Shown here: piece after piece, positions 60,704 through 64,000 of the stretch
Layout of the letters: each line of letters opens with the position of its first letter
How positions within the stretch are numbered: position 1 is the first letter of the stretch
Notes under the pieces: generated by a model
Told to the model about the DNA's origin: nothing
What the model saw: the letters and a program-made list of their open reading frames with translations, nothing else
Databases searched by the model: none
From: the human T2T-CHM13v2.0 reference genome, Homo sapiens
Assembly (NCBI RefSeq): GCF_009914755.1
Contig: NC_060925.1
Length of the DNA: 64,000 nucleotides
Strand: one strand, 5' to 3'
Made by a program: the position numbers and the translations under genes

Positions 60704-62053
60704 TGTTATGGACTGAATTATGGCTCCCTAAAAAGTATGTTGACATCCTAATCCCCAGGACCTTAGAATGTGACCTTAATGGGAAATAGGGTCTTTACAG
60801 AAGGAATCAAGTGAAAGTGAGGCCATTAAGCTGGCCCCTGGTCCTATATGACTAGTGCCCTCCTAACAAGAAGGGATTAGGACGCAGGTCCACACAGAGG
60901 GAAGATGGTGTGAAGATACACAGGGAGCACACCTGTGAGGACTGGAGCACTGCACCTGTGAGGACTGGAGACCGTACTTGAGAGGACTGGAGCACTGCAT
61001 CTGTGAGGACTGCAGCACTGCACCTGTGAGGACTGGAGCACTGCACCTGTGAGGACTAAAGACTGTACCTGTGAGGACTGGAGCACTGCACCTGTGAGGA
61101 CTGGAGCATTGCATCTGTGAGGACTGAAGCACACTTGCAAGGACTGGAGCATCGCACCTGTGAGGACTAGAGACTATACCTCTGAGGATTGGAACACTGC
61201 ACCTGTGAGGACTGGAGCACTGCACCTGTGAGGACTGGAGCACTGCACCTGTGAGGACTGGAACACTGCATGTGTGAGGACTAGAGACTATACCTGTGAG
61301 GACTGGAACACTGCACCTGTGAGGACTGGAGCACTGCACCTATGAGGACTGGAGCCCTGCACCTGTGAGGACTGGAGCACTGCACCTGTGAGGACTGGAG
61401 CACTGCACCTGTGAGGACTGCAGCACTGCACCTGTGAGGATTGGAGCACTGCAACTGTGAGGACTGGAGCACTGCACCTGTGAGGACTAGAGACTGCACC
61501 TGTGAGGACTGGAGCACTGCACCTGTGAGGACTGGAGCACTGCGTCTGTGAGGATTGGAGCACTGCACCTGTGAGGACTGGAACACTGCACCTGTGAGGA
61601 CTGCAGCACTGCACCTGTGAGGACTGGAGCACTGCACCTGTGAGGACTGGAGCACTGCACCTGTGAGGACTGGAGTACTGCAGCTATGAGGACTAGAGAC
61701 TGCATTGTGAGGACTGGAGCACTGCACCTGTGAGGACTGCAGCACTGCACCTGTGAGGACTGGAGCATTGCATCTGTGAGGACTGGAGCACTGCACCTGT
61801 GAGGACTAGAGACTGCATCTGTGAAGACTGGAGCACTGCACCTGTGAGGACTGGAGCATTGCATCTGTGAGCCAAGGAGCACTAGGGCTGAGAGAGGCAT
61901 GGAACAGGTTCCCCCTCCCACCCTCGGAAGGAACCAGCCCTGCTGACCCCATCTCGGACTCTGGGCCTCCAGAGCTGAGAGATAATACATTTCTGTTGCT
62001 TAAGCCACCCAGTCTGTGATACGTTATTATGGCAGCAGTAGGAGTCGAATTCA
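60704..62053 (+). mobile_element. MLT1B/C MaLR LTR expanded by an internal minisatellite
   Basis: 5' half tgttatggactgaatt...gaatgtgacctt...; 3' half gccaagg...gagagaggcatggaacag...cttaagccacccagt...ggcagcagtagg. Confidence 0.8.
60940..61871 (+). repeat. Minisatellite/VNTR, 41 units, consensus GACTGGAGCACTGCACCTGTGAG (23 bp)
   Basis: Manual parse gives 41 tandem units of 20-23 bp totalling 932 bp. Confidence 0.95.
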
Positions 62054-62138
62054 AGGCACAAAGCTAGAAGTGTGGATTTAGTGTTTTGGAGAGAGGAGTG
62101 ACCCAGTGAGGCAGATTGGAGGCCACTGGTGTGATTGA

Positions 62139-62517
<379 letters not shown>

Positions 62518-63667
62518 CTGAGGAGACTTTTGATGTGATCATTATGGGAGTCTCTGCGAGGAGGTTGAAAGTAGACTCCCGATTGCCAGAGACCCAGAAG
62601 CAACAGAGCAGCAGTAAATAGAGGCAGATGATATAGACAATCTTTTCACCCCATGTGCTGAAGAGGAAGAGAGGAGGTGGGAGCTTGAAAGGGGAGGAAG
62701 GGTAAAAGTTAGGGATGCTTTTCTTTTCTCATGAAAGAGACCATAATCTAAGGTTGTAGAGGAGAAGTGGTGATTGATGTTGCAAGTTCCTAAGTACAAG
62801 ATGGGATAGAGATGCCCCCCAGCCCCACCAACACACATCACCATTGTTGGGCACACGCCTAAGCTGATGCATCGCCTCTCTTTGCAGATACCTAATTACT
62901 GCTTTTCTTAATTCGAGAGCACATACGATTTTCATTTGCCTTTGGTTTAGCTTTGCATCATTTCATTTTCTGCTAGGGACCTTTTGATCATTAAAATTAG
63001 AGCTCTATAAAGCTTTGTTGGTTCAAAGCTGGGCGTGTTTTGTTTGCAATTTGCAGTGGTTTGGTGATGAAATAATCCAGCTAGGCTTGAAGCAAGCATG
63101 TCTCATTAAGACAAATGGGAGAAGCTGATATTGCTGGCGGGTTTTTTCTCATAGCTGTTAACTCAAAAAGAAGGTAGGGCTTATATAGGTAATTATGTAT
63201 ACTATTAAGCAAATAGTCAGTCTAGGGATATATTGGAGGGATTTTCTGAAAGCTCAGGTCAGGGGAAAATGTTGAAATATCTTAGGAAACAGAATGATTC
63301 TGCTGGTAGTGACTGCCCTCAGCTCTCCCACTATGATAGGATCTGGCTAAGAAAATTCCAGTAATTTTTCAGAAAATTAGCAATTTATATTTTGAGAGTT
63401 TTTTTCTCCACATTTTTGTGTAATTGGCACTATGCTGTACATATAATTTGTTGCTTGCAAAGCACTGTCTTTCAAAAAAATCTAACCAGTAAATCTATAC
63501 AGTATTTACATGTGTAAATTCCACATTTGTTCCATACTTCACACTGTTGATTTAAAGGTAAAAGCTTTCAACAAATGTCTGCACTTAACAACAGAGCATA
63601 TATCTTCATCTCTTTTGTGTTCTGAATGAGCACCTATAACACTTTCTCAAAAGGAATCTTCCTTGGA

Positions 63668-63760
63668 GGCGGGGCGTGGTGGCTCACACCTGTAATCCCA
63701 GCACTTTTGGAGCCAGGGCGGGCCGGATTACTTGAGCCCAGAAGCTTGAGACCAGCCTTC
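63668..63760 (+). mobile_element. Alu left-arm monomer fragment
   Basis: ggcggggcgtggtggctcacacctgtaatcccagcactttt...gagaccagcct. Confidence 0.75.
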
Positions 63761-64000
63761 CTTCCTCCCCGGAGACTTCACCATCTTCTCACCTGGTTAA
63801 GGTGCTTAGAGATGCTGGTCTGGAGAAGGGGCGGGGGGCCGGGGGGCGGGGTGTTCAGTAACAATCAGGTAGCAATTAGAAGGTGGGAGATAGCGCCTCA
63901 CATTTTTTACTGTAGAGTGATAAAAAAAAAACCTGCCATATCTACTGCTTATTGAACATTCTCTAGTTTTGGTCCTGACTAGTACATTTTCTGCAGAAAT

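Noticed and set aside
60940-61871. CRISPR-like array or Cys/Ser-rich repeat protein (QCSSPHRCSAPVLTG ORFs)
   Set aside because: Units are head-to-tail with no unique spacers and no cas genes, in human intronic DNA. The ORFs are a by-product of a stop-poor repeat unit.
60940-61871. Metal-response-element array linked to the metallothionein retrogene
   Set aside because: The unit has TGCACCT, which fails the MRE core TGCRCNC at the last base, and it lies about 51 kb from the retrogene.

Overview
Human (primate) genomic DNA at the 5' end of the cardiac ryanodine receptor gene, consistent with chr1q43. The window holds about 47 kb of repeat-dense upstream sequence, the RYR2 CpG-island promoter, coding exon 1 (MADGGEGEDEIQFLRT, 47537-47584, GT donor at 47585) and about 16 kb of intron 1. 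Upstream lie an intronless metallothionein-1H-like retrocopy (MT1HL1, minus strand, intact 61-aa ORF with 18 rather than 20 Cys) and a full-length L1HS (minus strand, pre-Ta ACG/G signature) with intact ORF1, ORF2 and ORF0, nested in an ancient L1M. Also present are a very young AluYa4/Ya5-type insertion, three clustered ERV1 solo LTRs, CR1/L3, L2 and MER44 fossils and many Alus. Intron 1 carries a 41-unit, 23-bp E-box-rich minisatellite that arose inside an MLT1 LTR. I see no clearly new biological system. The best leads are the intact L1 whose antisense promoter faces RYR2 and whose inter-ORF spacer has a +1 insertion, the Cys-depleted CpG-rich retrogene, and the LTR-derived E-box VNTR. Repeat subfamily names and consensus comparisons are from memory and need Dfam/RepeatMasker confirmation. 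Almost all short ORFs in the supplied track are repeat-derived noise.
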